DNA of 64,000 nt from Camelus ferus (taxonomy: Eukaryota), in assembly GCF_009834535.1 (NCBI RefSeq), contig NC_045696.1, forward strand, positions 64,048,001-64,112,000, read 5' to 3'. Numbering within the stretch: the stretch's first letter is position 1; each line of letters starts with the position of its first letter. The notes beneath the pieces are model-generated. The model was not told the origin of the DNA. It made no database searches and was given only the letters and a program-made list of their open reading frames with translations. The position numbers and the translations under genes are program-made. Of this stretch, positions 1 through 10,815 are shown piece after piece.

Positions 1-563
1 CCAAACACCCATCCTCTGGACCATGGCTCTGCTCACGTCTAGGACGAGGACTGAGCCCTGCTGTGGTTTGGCTTTTTATCCCTCAAATTCCAAATTGCGA
101 TCAGCTACTTTTGCAATGTCATATTTCTCAATAGCACTTGGTCAGGAACCGGGGTAGCACTGACTCCTTCCTTCAGGAGACCAGGGATCTAGACCAGTGG
201 GGCTGGAGAGTCAGTGCTTATTAGGACCTGACCTTCTCAGAGAAGCTGAAACTATTTCGAAAAATCTCCTAGGAAGACAGAAGCTGGAAAAGCAGCTTTT
301 CTGAAGTCCAAGTTGATAAAAATATTCCCCATCTGGCAAATTGCTGGAGGAAAGGAAAACAGAATAGAACTACAGGCAACCTTGTAGCATCTCTGCCATC
401 GCTCTTAGTCTTTGTGACTGCAGACTTTTTAACTCTAGAGTTTCGTATCCAAGGAAACCGTGAGTCACTTCACAAACACTTCCCTACTACAGGAGAACAC
501 ACTTACCTACCATCCATCACAGTGCTGTGACTCCTCACTGAGGAGTCTTTCCTGGAATTGCTC

Positions 564-3500
564 TTAACCTGTGGGACCAGGGTTTGGACTGTTGGTCTCT
601 GATGAAGTGCTGCTGCCCCAAGTCACAGAAGGAACAGTCCCTATGAAATTACCTTTCGTGACAGTGGTGCCCGCAGCCCCCGTGGTGGGAGGAGGAGGGC
701 TCGATGCCGTGGTGCCTACAGCCGCCGTGGTGCTCTGAGCCCCCGTGGAGGAAGGAGGAGGGCTCGATGCTGTGGTGCCTACAGCCGCCGTGGTGCTCTG
801 AGCCCCCGTGGAGGAAGGAGGAGGGCTCGATGCTGTGGTGCCTACAGCCGCCGTGGTGCTCTGAGCCACCGTGGAGGGAGAAGCAGGGCTCGATGCCGTG
901 TTACCTGCAGCCGCCGTGGTGCTCTGAGCTCCCGAAGAGGGAGTAGCAGGGCTCGATGCCGTGGTACCTGCAGCTGCTGTGGTGCTCTGAGCCGCCGTGG
1001 AGGGAGTAGGAGAGCTTGATGCCGGGGTGCCTGCAGCCTCCGTGGTGCTCTGAGCCCCCGTAGAGGAAGGAGGAGGGCTTGATGCAGTGGTGCTCTGAGT
1101 ACCCGTGGAGGGTGTAGGTGGGCTCGAAGCCATGGTGACTGCAGCCGCCGTGGTGCTAGGAGCCCCCGTGGAGGAATGAGGAAGGCTCGATGCCGTGGTG
1201 CCTACAGCCGCCGTGGTGCTCTGAGCCACCGTGGAGGGAGTAGCAGGGCTTGATGCCGTGGTACCTGCAGCCGCTGTGGTGCTCTGAGCCGCTGTGGAGG
1301 GAGTAGGTGGGCTGGATGCCGTGGTGCCTTCAGCCGCCGTGGTGCTATGAGTCCCTGTGGAGGAAGGAGGAGGGCTGGATGGCGTGGTGCTTGAAGCCGC
1401 TGTGGTGCTGTGAGCACCCGTGGAGGAAGGAGGAAGGTTCGATGCCGTGGTGCCTACAGCCGCCGTGGTGCTCTGAGCCGCCGTGGTGAGAGTAGCAGGG
1501 CTTGATGCTGTGGTGCCTGCAGCCGCCGTGGTGCTCTGAGCCCCCGTGGAGGGAGTAGGAGAGCTTGATGCCGTTGTGCCTGCAGCCGCCGAGGTGCTCT
1601 GAGCCCCCGTGGAGGGAGAAGGAGGGCTCGATGCCGTGGTGGCTGCAGCTGCCGTGGTGCTCTGAGCCCCCGTAGAGGAAGGAGGAGGGCTTGATGCAGT
1701 GGTGCTCTGAGTACCCGTGGAGGGTGTAGGTGGGCTCGAAGCCGTGGTGACTGCAGCCGCCGTGGTGCTAGGATCCCCCGTTGAGGAATGAGGAAGGCTC
1801 GATGCCGTGGTGCCTACAGCCGCCGTGGTGCTCCGAGCCACCGTGGAGGGAGTAGCAGGGCTCGATGCCGTGGTGCCTACAGCTGCCGTGGTGCTCTGAG
1901 CCACCGTGGAGGGAGTAGGTGGGCTCGATGCCGTGGTGCCTACAGCCGCCGTGGTGCTATGAGTGCCTGTGGAGGAAGGAGGTGGGCTCAATGCCGTGCT
2001 GCCTGTAGCCGCCGTGGTGCTCTGAGCCCCCGTGGAGGAAGGAGGAGGGCTCGATGCCGTGGTGCCTTCAGCCGCCGTGGTGCTATGAGCCCCTGTGGAG
2101 GAAGGAGGAGGGCTGGATGGCGTGGTGCTTGCAGCCGCCGTGGTGCTCTCAGCCCCCGTGGAGGAAGGAGGAGGGCTCGATGCCGTGGTGCCTACAGCCG
2201 CCGTGGTGCTCTGAGCCACTGTGGAGGGAGTAGCAGGGTTTGATGCCGTTGTAGCTGCAGCTGCCGTGGTGCTCTGAGTAGCCGTGGAGGGAGTAGGAGA
2301 GCTTGATGCCGTGGTGCCTACAGCCGCCGTGCTGCTCTGAGCCCCCGTAGAGGAAGGAGGAGGGCTTGATGCAGTGGTGCTCTGAGTACCCGTGGAGGGT
2401 GTAGGTGGGCTCGAAGCCGTGGTGACTGCAGCCGCCGTGGTGCTAGGAGCCCCCGTGGAGGAATGAGGAAGGCTCGATGCCGTGGTGCCTACAGCTGCCG
2501 TGGTGCTCTGAGCCACCGTGGAGGAAGGAGGAGAGCTTGATGCCGAGGTGCCTGCAGCCACCGTGGTGCTCTGAGCCCCCGTGGAGGAAGGAGGAGAGCT
2601 CGATGCCGAGGTGCCTGCAGCCGCTGTGGTGCTCTGAGCCGCAGTGGAGGGAGTAGGTGGGCTCGATGCCGTGGTGCCTTCAGCCGCCGTGGTGCTATGA
2701 GTCCCTGTGGAGGAAGGAGGAGGGCTGGATGGCGTGGTGCTTGCAGCCGCCGTGGTGCTGTGAGCACCCGTGGAGGAAGGAGGAGGGCTCGATGCTGTGG
2801 TGCCTACAGCCGCCGTGGTGCTCTGAGCCGCAGTGGTGAGAGAAGCAGGGCTTGATGCCGTGGTACCTGCAGCCGCCGAGGTGCTCTGAGCCCCCGTGGA
2901 GGGAGAAGGAGGGCTCGATGCCGTGGTAGATGCAGCTGCCGTGGTGCTCTGAGCCAGCGTGGAGGGAGTAGGAGAGCTTGATGCCGTGGTGCCTGCAGCC
3001 GCCGAGGTGCTCTGAGCCCCCGTGGAGGGAGAAGGAGGGCTCGATGCCGTGGTGGCTGCAGCTGCCGTGGTGCTCTGAGCCCCCGTAGAGGAAGGAGGAG
3101 GGCTTGATGCAGTGGTGCTCTGAGTACCCGTGGAGGGTGTAGGTGGGCTCGAAGCCGTGGTGACTGCAGCCGCCGTGTTGCTAGGATCCCCCGTGGAGGA
3201 ATGAGGAAGGCTCGATGCCGTGGTGCCTACAGCCGCCGTGGTGCTCCGAGCCACCGTGGAGGGAGTAGCAGGGCTCGATGCCGTGGTGCCTACAGCTGCC
3301 GTGGTGCTCTGAGCCACCGTGGAGGGAGTAGGTGGGCTCAATGCCGTGGTGCCTTCAGCCGCCGTGGTGCTATGAGTGCCTGTGGAGGAAGGACGTGGGC
3401 TCAATGCCGTGCTGCCTGTAGCCGCCGTGGTGCTCTGAACCCCCGTGGAGGAAGGAGGAGGGCTCGATGCTGTGGTGCCTACAGCCGCCGTGGTGCTCTG

Positions 3501-5413
3501 AGCCCCCGTGGAGGGAGTAGCAGGGCTCGATGCCGTGGTGCCTTCAGCCGCCGTGGTGCTATGAGCCCCTGTGGAGGAAGGAGGAGGGCTGGATGGCGTG
3601 GTGCTTGCAGCCGCCGTGGTGCTCTCAGCCCCCGTGGAGGAAGGAGGAGGGCTCGATGCCGTGGTGCCTACAGCCGCCGTGGTGCTCTGAGCCACTGTGG
3701 AGGGAGTAGCAGGGTTTGATGCCGTTGTAGCTGCAGCTGCCGTGGTGCTCTGAGTAGCCGTGGAGGGAGTAGGAGAGCTTGATGCCGTGGTGCCTACAGC
3801 CGCCGTGCTGCTCTGAGTCACTGTGGAGGGAGTAGGAGGGGTCGAAGCTGTGGTGCCTGCAGCCTCCGTGGTGCTCTGAGCCCCCGTAGAGGAAGGAGGA
3901 GGGCTTGATGCAGTGGTGCTCTGAGTACCCGTGGAGGGTGTAGGTGGGCTCGAAGCTGTGGTGACTGCAGCCGCCGTGGTGCTAGGAGCCCCCGTGGAGG
4001 AATGAGGAAGGCTCGATGCCGTGGTGCCTACAGCTGCCGTGGTGCTCTGAGCCACCGTGGAGGGAGTAGGAGAGCTTGATGCCGTGGTGCCTGCAGCCAC
4101 CGTGGTGCTCTGAGCCCCCGTGGAGGAAGGAGGAGAGCTCGATGCCGAGGTGCCTGCAGCCGCCGTGGTGCTCTGAGCCCCCGTGGAGGGAGTAGCTGGG
4201 CTCGATGCCGTGGTACCTGCAGCCGCTGTGGTGCTCTGAGCCGCAGTGGAGGGAGTAGGTGGGCTCGATGCCGTGGTGCCTTCAGCCGCCGTGGTGCTAT
4301 GAGTCCCTGTGGAGGAAGGAGGAGGGCTGGATGGCGTGGTGCTTGCAGCCGCCGTGGTGCTGTGAGCACCCGTGGAGGAAGGAGGAGGGCTCGATGCTGT
4401 GGTGCCTACAGCCGCCGTGGTGCTCTGAGCCGCAGTGGTGAGAGTAGCAGGGCTTGATGCCGTGGTACCTGCAGCCGCCGAGGAGCTCTGAGCCCCCGTG
4501 GAGGGAGAAGGAGGGCTCGATGCCGTGGTAGATGCAGCTGCCGTGGTGCTCTGAGCCACCGTGGAGGGAGTAGGAGAGCTTGATGCCGTGGTGCCTGCAG
4601 CCGCCGAGGTGCTCTGAGCCCCCGTGGAGGGAGAAGGAGGGCTCGATGCCGTGGTGGCTGCAGCCGCCGTGGTGCTCTGAGCCCCTGTAGAGGAAGGAGG
4701 AGGGCTTGATGCAGTGGTGCTCTGAGTACCCGTGGAGGGAGTAGCAGGGCTCGATGCCGTGGTGCCTGCAGCCGCCGTGGTGCTATGAGTCCCTGTGGAG
4801 GAAGGAGGAGGGCTCAATGCCGTGCTGCCTGTAGCCGCCGTGGTGCTCTGAACCCCCGTGGAGGAAGGAGGAGGGCTCGATGCTGTGGTGCCTACAGCCG
4901 CCGTGGTGCTCTGAGCCCCCGTGGAGGAAGGAGGAGGGCTCGATGCCGTGGTGCCTTCAGCCGCCGTGGTGCTATGAGCCCCTGTGGAGGAAGGAGGAGG
5001 GCTGGATGGCGTGGTGCTTGCAGCCGCCGTGGTGCTCTCAGCCCCCATGGAGGAAGGAGGAGGCTCGATGCCGTGGTGCCTACAGCCGCCGTGGTGCTCT
5101 GAGCCACTGTGGAGGGAGTAGCAGGGTTTGATGCCGTTGTAGCTGCAGCTGCCGTGTGCTCTGAGTAGCCGTGGAGGGAGTAGGAGAGCTTGATGCCGTG
5201 GTGCCTACAGCCGCCGTGCTGCTCTGAGTCACTGTGGGAGGGAGTAGGAGGGGTCGAAGCCGTGGTGCCTGCAGCCTCCGTGGTGCTCTGAGCCCCAGTA
5301 GAGGAAGGAGGAGGGCTTGATGCAGTGGTGCTCTGAGTACCCGTGGAGGGTGTAGGTGGGCTCGAAGCCGTGGTGACTGCAGCCGCCGTGGTGGTAGGAG
5401 CCCCCGTGGAGGA
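564..5413 (-). CDS. Mucin-like PTS (Ser/Thr/Ala/Pro-rich) tandem-repeat coding exon, 5'-truncated by assembly gap
   Basis: Open frame 564-5048 (1494 aa) built almost wholly of STGAQSTTAAVGTTASSPPPS-type 21-aa units plus 15-aa STGTQSTTASSPPPS units. No Cys and almost no K/R or aromatic residues. The repeat continues to the gap at 5413 through three 1-nt indels. Short unique C-terminal tail ends at TAA 564-566. Confidence 0.75.
680..5413. repeat. 63-bp/45-bp minisatellite (VNTR) array, roughly 75-80 units, with a 1.3-1.55 kb higher-order period
   Basis: Direct inspection: consensus + strand gccgccgtggtgctctgagcccccgtggaggaaggaggagggctcgatgccgtggtgcctaca. The variant marker gaggaatgag recurs at 1171, 1783, 2458, 3196 and 3997. 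Confidence 0.97.
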
Positions 5414-5513
5414 NNNNNNNNNNNNNNNNNNNNNNNNNNNNNNNNNNNNNNNNNNNNNNNNNNNNNNNNNNNNNNNNNNNNNNNNNNNNNNNNNNNNNNN
5501 NNNNNNNNNNNNN
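5414..5513. other. Assembly gap (100 N, true size unknown)
   Basis: Run of 100 n. Confidence 1.
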
Positions 5514-5644
5514 CAAGTCACAGCTTGAGAGAAAAAGTTTCTTTAAATCTAGAAAAGCAAAATATAAAATAACTGTCAATATTTAAATAAAAAACATAAA
5601 AGTTATAATCATCCTCATCAGTTCACTCATTCCTATGGAACTGT

Positions 5645-5772
5645 TCTTTTTTTGCAGGGGGGAGGTGAGTAGGTTTATTTATTTATTTGGTTTTCAATGG
5701 AGATACTAGGGATCGAACCCAGGAACCTCATGCATGCTAAGCAGTGTTTCTACCACTGGAGCTATACTCTGC
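5645..5772 (-). mobile_element. tRNA-derived SINE (camelid Vic-1-like)
   Basis: Reverse complement reads tatagctccagtggtaga...gggttcgatccc (A/B boxes) followed by an A-rich tail. Homologous to copies at 18207 and 46616. Confidence 0.8.
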
Positions 5773-5779
5773 CTCTAGA

Positions 5780-8450
5780 ATTGATTCTTGAGCTTGGTTT
5801 TTGCTAGCAGTTTTATGAAGCCATTGTTTCTTCTTTAGAGTGCTATAAATTCTTACCCAGTTCAATAGTAAGATCTGAAAGTTTGTCAGAAACCTGTCCT
5901 CTAGAGAAAGTGTCAGAGTCCTTTAATGTGAATGTCTCTAAAGATGAAACGTATTTATAAAGCATCAGAGTAAAACAATAACTATATGTACTTGATAAAA
6001 GAGTTAAATGGTATGGTTACAATGCAATTGACAAGGGAATTAGGTTTCTTCTGTGGCATACAACACTTTAATTTAATAACTAGGATTATGCCTGATAACA
6101 TTATGCCAGGACATATTAGATTTCCAGAAATTTCAGTTTCTGAAACACTTACAGTATATACCTATCCAGACACAACATAAAGAAGACAGTATTACTTCTT
6201 ATTTGATAACACTTCCCATGTAATTTAACAGATCAAACAAGCCTGATTGTTTAACATCTCCCTTTTTATAAGGACAAAGAACAAATCTGTGGGCTATCTC
6301 AGGGGTCTTCTGGAACATCTCATACCTCAAAGTTAGTTCTGAGTTAAAAAGACTTCATTTAGAATTTGATTTGGGGAAGTTTGTCAAAAATATCAAATGC
6401 CTTTTTTTTTTTAAACACTTGGACAAGTAGGCTCATAAATCACTGTGAAACAATGTTTAGTTGTTCATTTAACCAAAATGACAATTAAAGACTTCATAGG
6501 CAAATGTAAAAGGTTATATAGTTATAAATAACCTTAGCTACACATTGTAGAAACTTTGATTTCTAGACAGATAACATTAAAGGTAAAGAGAATCCTTGTT
6601 TACAATTTCTCATTAAGACCAGACCAATAATCTCAAAAAACCTTGTCCTTTTAACAGAGAAAAACCAAATTTTGCACCAGCTTACTTTTGATATTAAAAT
6701 TTATTCATTTAATTAAATTCATCCCAATCTTAGCCAGTCTTGACTGCACATAAAATTCTTTCCAAAATTTTTTTTCCCTACAAACATTCTATGGCTTTCT
6801 ATATGTGTTTAAGGAAACCTTCATTTTTAGTAAAAAATCAAGAAGTAAGCAATTATGAACTTTTGCATTAGCAATCTAGATTGGCAAATTTATAATTACT
6901 TTTTATAATTTTTAAAAACTTGTGCTTTCTTATAGAAAAGAACCAAACATATTTCTAATAGTCCCCAAATACCTTTAGTTTCTCTGTAAAAGGAGGCCTA
7001 TCTTCAGTAATTAGTGTTTCAGTATCTTATTTGGGAATTATCTAGATATTTAATAAATTTCCATCATTTAACTTAATTTAGCAAGACCCTAAAGTTTCAA
7101 GTTCCAAAAAGGTTTGGGGTAACTATTTTGAGGTAGACACATCATACAACACAATTATTCTTAAAAGAGTTTACTTAAAAACTCTTATCCCATCTACATT
7201 TATTTAATTTACTTATGAAAATATCATACCAAGTTATTTTTCTTGCTGACAAATTTTGTAACAGAGATAACTTATTTGACTTTTAGTAAACTTAGGTACA
7301 ATAAAAATATTATACATAATGCTGATGACTCTAAAGGCATGTCTGTATTAATTAAAACAAACTTTACCTTTACTACTGAATATTAATTTAATACAGAATA
7401 TTTCCCAGATCACACAAACCTGAAATTCATTTGGGTTAGTTTTTACTATATTTCTGAGAATTAATTTGAGTATTTAATTTTCTTTAAGCCAATTAAATAG
7501 AACTCTTTTACAGATTAATTTGGCAATTCTGCCCAAAGTTAGAAACACACGATGTCTTTAAGGCGCATACAGAGACATAAAGATGTCCAGGCAGACACAG
7601 ACAGAGTTCTCCTAGTTTTCATTTTAAAACTTTAGTCATGAATTGGGTACAACAAAAAAGTCACTAGTTTATAAATAACAATTGGAATAAATGATGTCTG
7701 CCTCCTTCCTCATAGGACCAAATTCTTATATTATGTGTGGGAAAGACTATAAGATTTGTATCTGCCTTTGACAGACAATTTCAAGGAGGCTGAGCAAGAC
7801 AGTCCTTTTAGCAGTTTGAGTTAAAAAGCCTCTTTTCCTTTGTTTTTTGGTCTTAGGAATTAGAGATGGCCTAGATAAGAGTTTCCTGAGAAGACCAGGT
7901 AGAACATTTATGTCCTAAAGGTACAGCGAGAGAGATGCAAGCTCCTCCTAGAAGCACTTCTGTTCCCTTAGGATCAGAATTTGTTTTTTAATATTTTTTC
8001 AAAATGGCCATAATAACCATAGACATTTTCATCAGGCCCTTAGAATTATTGTTGCCTTCTGCAGGGTCTTAATCTCAGTGTTATAAGAAGAAAATTCAGG
8101 AAAAAAATGGTGAACAAAATCCCAAAAGCAGAAGTCAGCCACCCAAACAAAATGGGAAGCAAATCCCAGAGGCCACCTGAACAATACAGACAAAATGGGA
8201 AGCGAGCCTGGAGGACAGCAGCCAGCAACGGAGGACCCCCAGATATATGAGAACCTCCACCAAGGTGGGAGGTTTCAGTCCAGGAGGACTTCCCACCAAG
8301 TTCCGGGGCCCCAGAGGAGACGACAGACCACAGTGGGCTCTTGTCAGGATCCTGCTCAGATCCAAGGCAGTGTATCCATCTCCAAGTGAAAAATACTGAT
8401 TTCCTAATATGTCCGGAACTGTGCAATGGGTTACTGTTTTCCTCTGAAGG
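5780..8450 (-). mobile_element. Degenerate ERV1-class (MER4-group-like) internal sequence
   Basis: Long AT-rich tract with motifs I recognise from MER4-group internals (aaaagacttcatttagaatttgatttggggaagtttgtcaaaaatatcaa; aaccaaattttgcaccag), grading into a GC-richer leader-like segment at 8100-8400. No long ORF. Family, boundaries and orientation are from pattern recall only. Confidence 0.55.
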
Positions 8451-10358
8451 CAAGCTCAGAAATACTGCATTTTGTGGAGTGACCATTACACTCCTTTTGA
8501 ATTCCAAGAGATGAGGAGGTTATAGCAAAAAGTTGAAGGAAAATAAGCAAGGTCACTCATTTTATTCAGTATAAAAGTTAGCATTCCCAGGTTCAGAAAG
8601 TTCAAGTTCACAGGGAACTAAAAAAAAGCCCAAGTTTGCTTCTCTATTCTCTTTCGGTCCAGGTCAAACATAAGTCTTCTGTGTACATTCAATTCTTTGA
8701 AATCCACTCTTAAATTATTTGAAGTCCTCCTCTTTAAGAGTTCAAAGGCAGATCTGGTTAATTCTCTTGGTAAAGAGGAGGTAAAGTCTATTCAATGAGA
8801 CTTGAGGTGTTAAAAAGTCAAGATTTATCAGGCAAACAATTTGGACTATTTGCATTACAAAGCAATTACTGTAAGTGGTGGTTCTTCTGGTGCATTTAAG
8901 GGCTTTTAAAGATCATTAACTGCTTGAGAGAGCTGGGAAACAGATAGAAATGGAAATAGCCTTTTCCAGGTAAATAGACTTCTCCAGAAAAGAGAAATAG
9001 ACTCTTAGAAACTCTAAAGTTTCCTTAAAGGGAAAATAAGTTTCTATTTACAGAAAGATCCCAAGAGCAACACACTATGGAAGTGGGGTACAGCTCTGTC
9101 ACCAGCAGTTGTCACACCCAGCTATGGGCCACACCCCGGACCAGGTCATTAAGTGCTACTGCATGTAATCCTTCAAACATTCAAACATCCATGACACGTC
9201 TTTTATCTCCCCACTTCCTGGATAAAAAAATCAGGTTCAGAGAATTGCAGTGATTTTTTTCAACATGGTGTGGAGCTGAGATTTGAACTCACAAAGGAGC
9301 CTGTGCTCTTTCTATCCTGGACAACACCAAGCTGAACACAGAGAAGTTGATGATGTCACCCGAGTGACCACTTCTTAGGGACACACTGTCCTTTCACTTC
9401 TTTGCCTCGCCCCCCAAAAAATGTGGGTGAGTTTTTTTAAAAACTATGGATGATTTTACAGTCTTTAACAGGGTAGTGAATAAGACAAAAGTCAAGAATA
9501 CTGCCTTATTCTAGGAAAAATGTTTCACTGTGGCATCTTTATTTAACTTCAAGAATTCTACTTTGCATTATGCAGAATTATGAGTTAAAAGACCCTGGTG
9601 GTAAAAGGGAATGACAGGAAATGAGTTTAAAGGCAAATATATCCAAGCACCTTCTTCAATTTAGTGATGCTACCAACTGTAACAAGATGAATTTCATCTT
9701 TTAATACTCACCTAGACTAAGGCATGCAGTTGGTACATTGGATTAACACTGGCCCGTGAGAACTTGGGAGTGCCAATGTTCCACTTTGCCTTTCCTGTTT
9801 TAGAGACAGTCCAGAGGTCTGTTTGTGGTTGTAACAGAGCCAGAGTGACAGCTGGATTTTAGGAATCAGATTCTCTGTTGCCAGGAGATCAGAGATTCTG
9901 AGAAACTGGATGCTGTTTGTTACACAGAGCAGAATTCAAGGTGATTTTTATACATGAGCCACAAACCATGGGATGACTTGTTGAAACAGAGAGGAAGGAG
10001 CCGAGATTCAGGGTGGGAAGACCTGGTCTCAGGTCTCTGTTCTCTCTTACTCCCCGTAACAGACTGGCTTGGGTAATTAGTAGCCTTGTGGGTGGGCAGT
10101 TTGCTCATCTGCAAAATGGAGACGATAATACTGACTTTGGAGAATTGTGATCCTAAAAGAAGACAACTGACACAAAAGGTTTTTTATAAACTGCTAAGTA
10201 ATCATTGGAAATTTAGTAGTTAGTATTATGTGCTTCGTTTAAGAGGACCAAGAGTAGGTTATCTCCATCATCGTCCTTACTTGGTGACGCGAGGTCTCTG
10301 GTGCTGATGCTCATTTTGTCATTTGTGTTCTTATTTACCTACAAATGATGTGCTTTTC

Positions 10359-10815
10359 TTTTTTTTTTTTTTTTTTTTACCATTTTTTTATTGATTTATA
10401 ATCATTTTACAATGTTGTGTCAAATTCCAGTGTTCAGCACAATTTTTCAGTCATTCATGGACATATACACACTCATTGTCACATTTTTTTCTCTGTGAGT
10501 TATCATAACATTTTGTGTATATTTCCCTGTGCTATACAGTATAATCTTGTTTATCTATTCTACAATTTTGAAATCCCAGTCTATCCCTTCCCACCCTCTG
10601 CCCCCCTGGCAACCACAAGTCTGTATTCTCTGTTTATGAGTCTATTTCTGTCCTGTATTTACGCTTTGTTTTTGTTTTTTAGATTCCACATATGAGCGAT
10701 CTCATATGGTATTTTTCTTCCTCTTTCTGGCTTACTTCACTTAAAATGACATTCTCCAGGAGCATCCATGTTGCTGCAAATGGCATTATGTTGTCGATTT
10801 TTATGGCTGAGTAGT
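10359..10815 (-). mobile_element. 5'-truncated young L1 3' end with perfect TSD
   Basis: Poly-T then L1 3'UTR/ORF2 end. Perfect 14-bp TSD atgatgtgcttttc at 10345-10358 and 10816-10829. Highly similar to copies at 19537 and 46975. Confidence 0.9.

Noticed and set aside
518..545. CACAGTG heptamer suggesting a V(D)J recombination signal
   Set aside because: No ACAAAAACC-like nonamer at 12 or 23 bp spacing and no antigen-receptor context
704..5131. Short alternative-frame ORFs over the array (PWCLQPPWC..., RRGA..., APRRLQ...)
   Set aside because: Shadow frames of the PTS repeat, repeatedly interrupted by stops
680..5413. CRISPR-like array
   Set aside because: Contiguous tandem units with no unique spacers, in eukaryotic DNA
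564..5413. Naming the array as MUC4, MUC20, MUC19 or MUC5AC
   Set aside because: No diagnostic non-repeat domain is visible and the unit does not match repeats I can recall, so the symbol is left blank
8046..8507. 153-aa - strand ORF with a hydrophobic C-terminal stretch as a possible mucin signal or TM exon
   Set aside because: Lies in T-rich ERV leader-like sequence, starts at a non-ATG codon, has its own stop and no convincing splice donor
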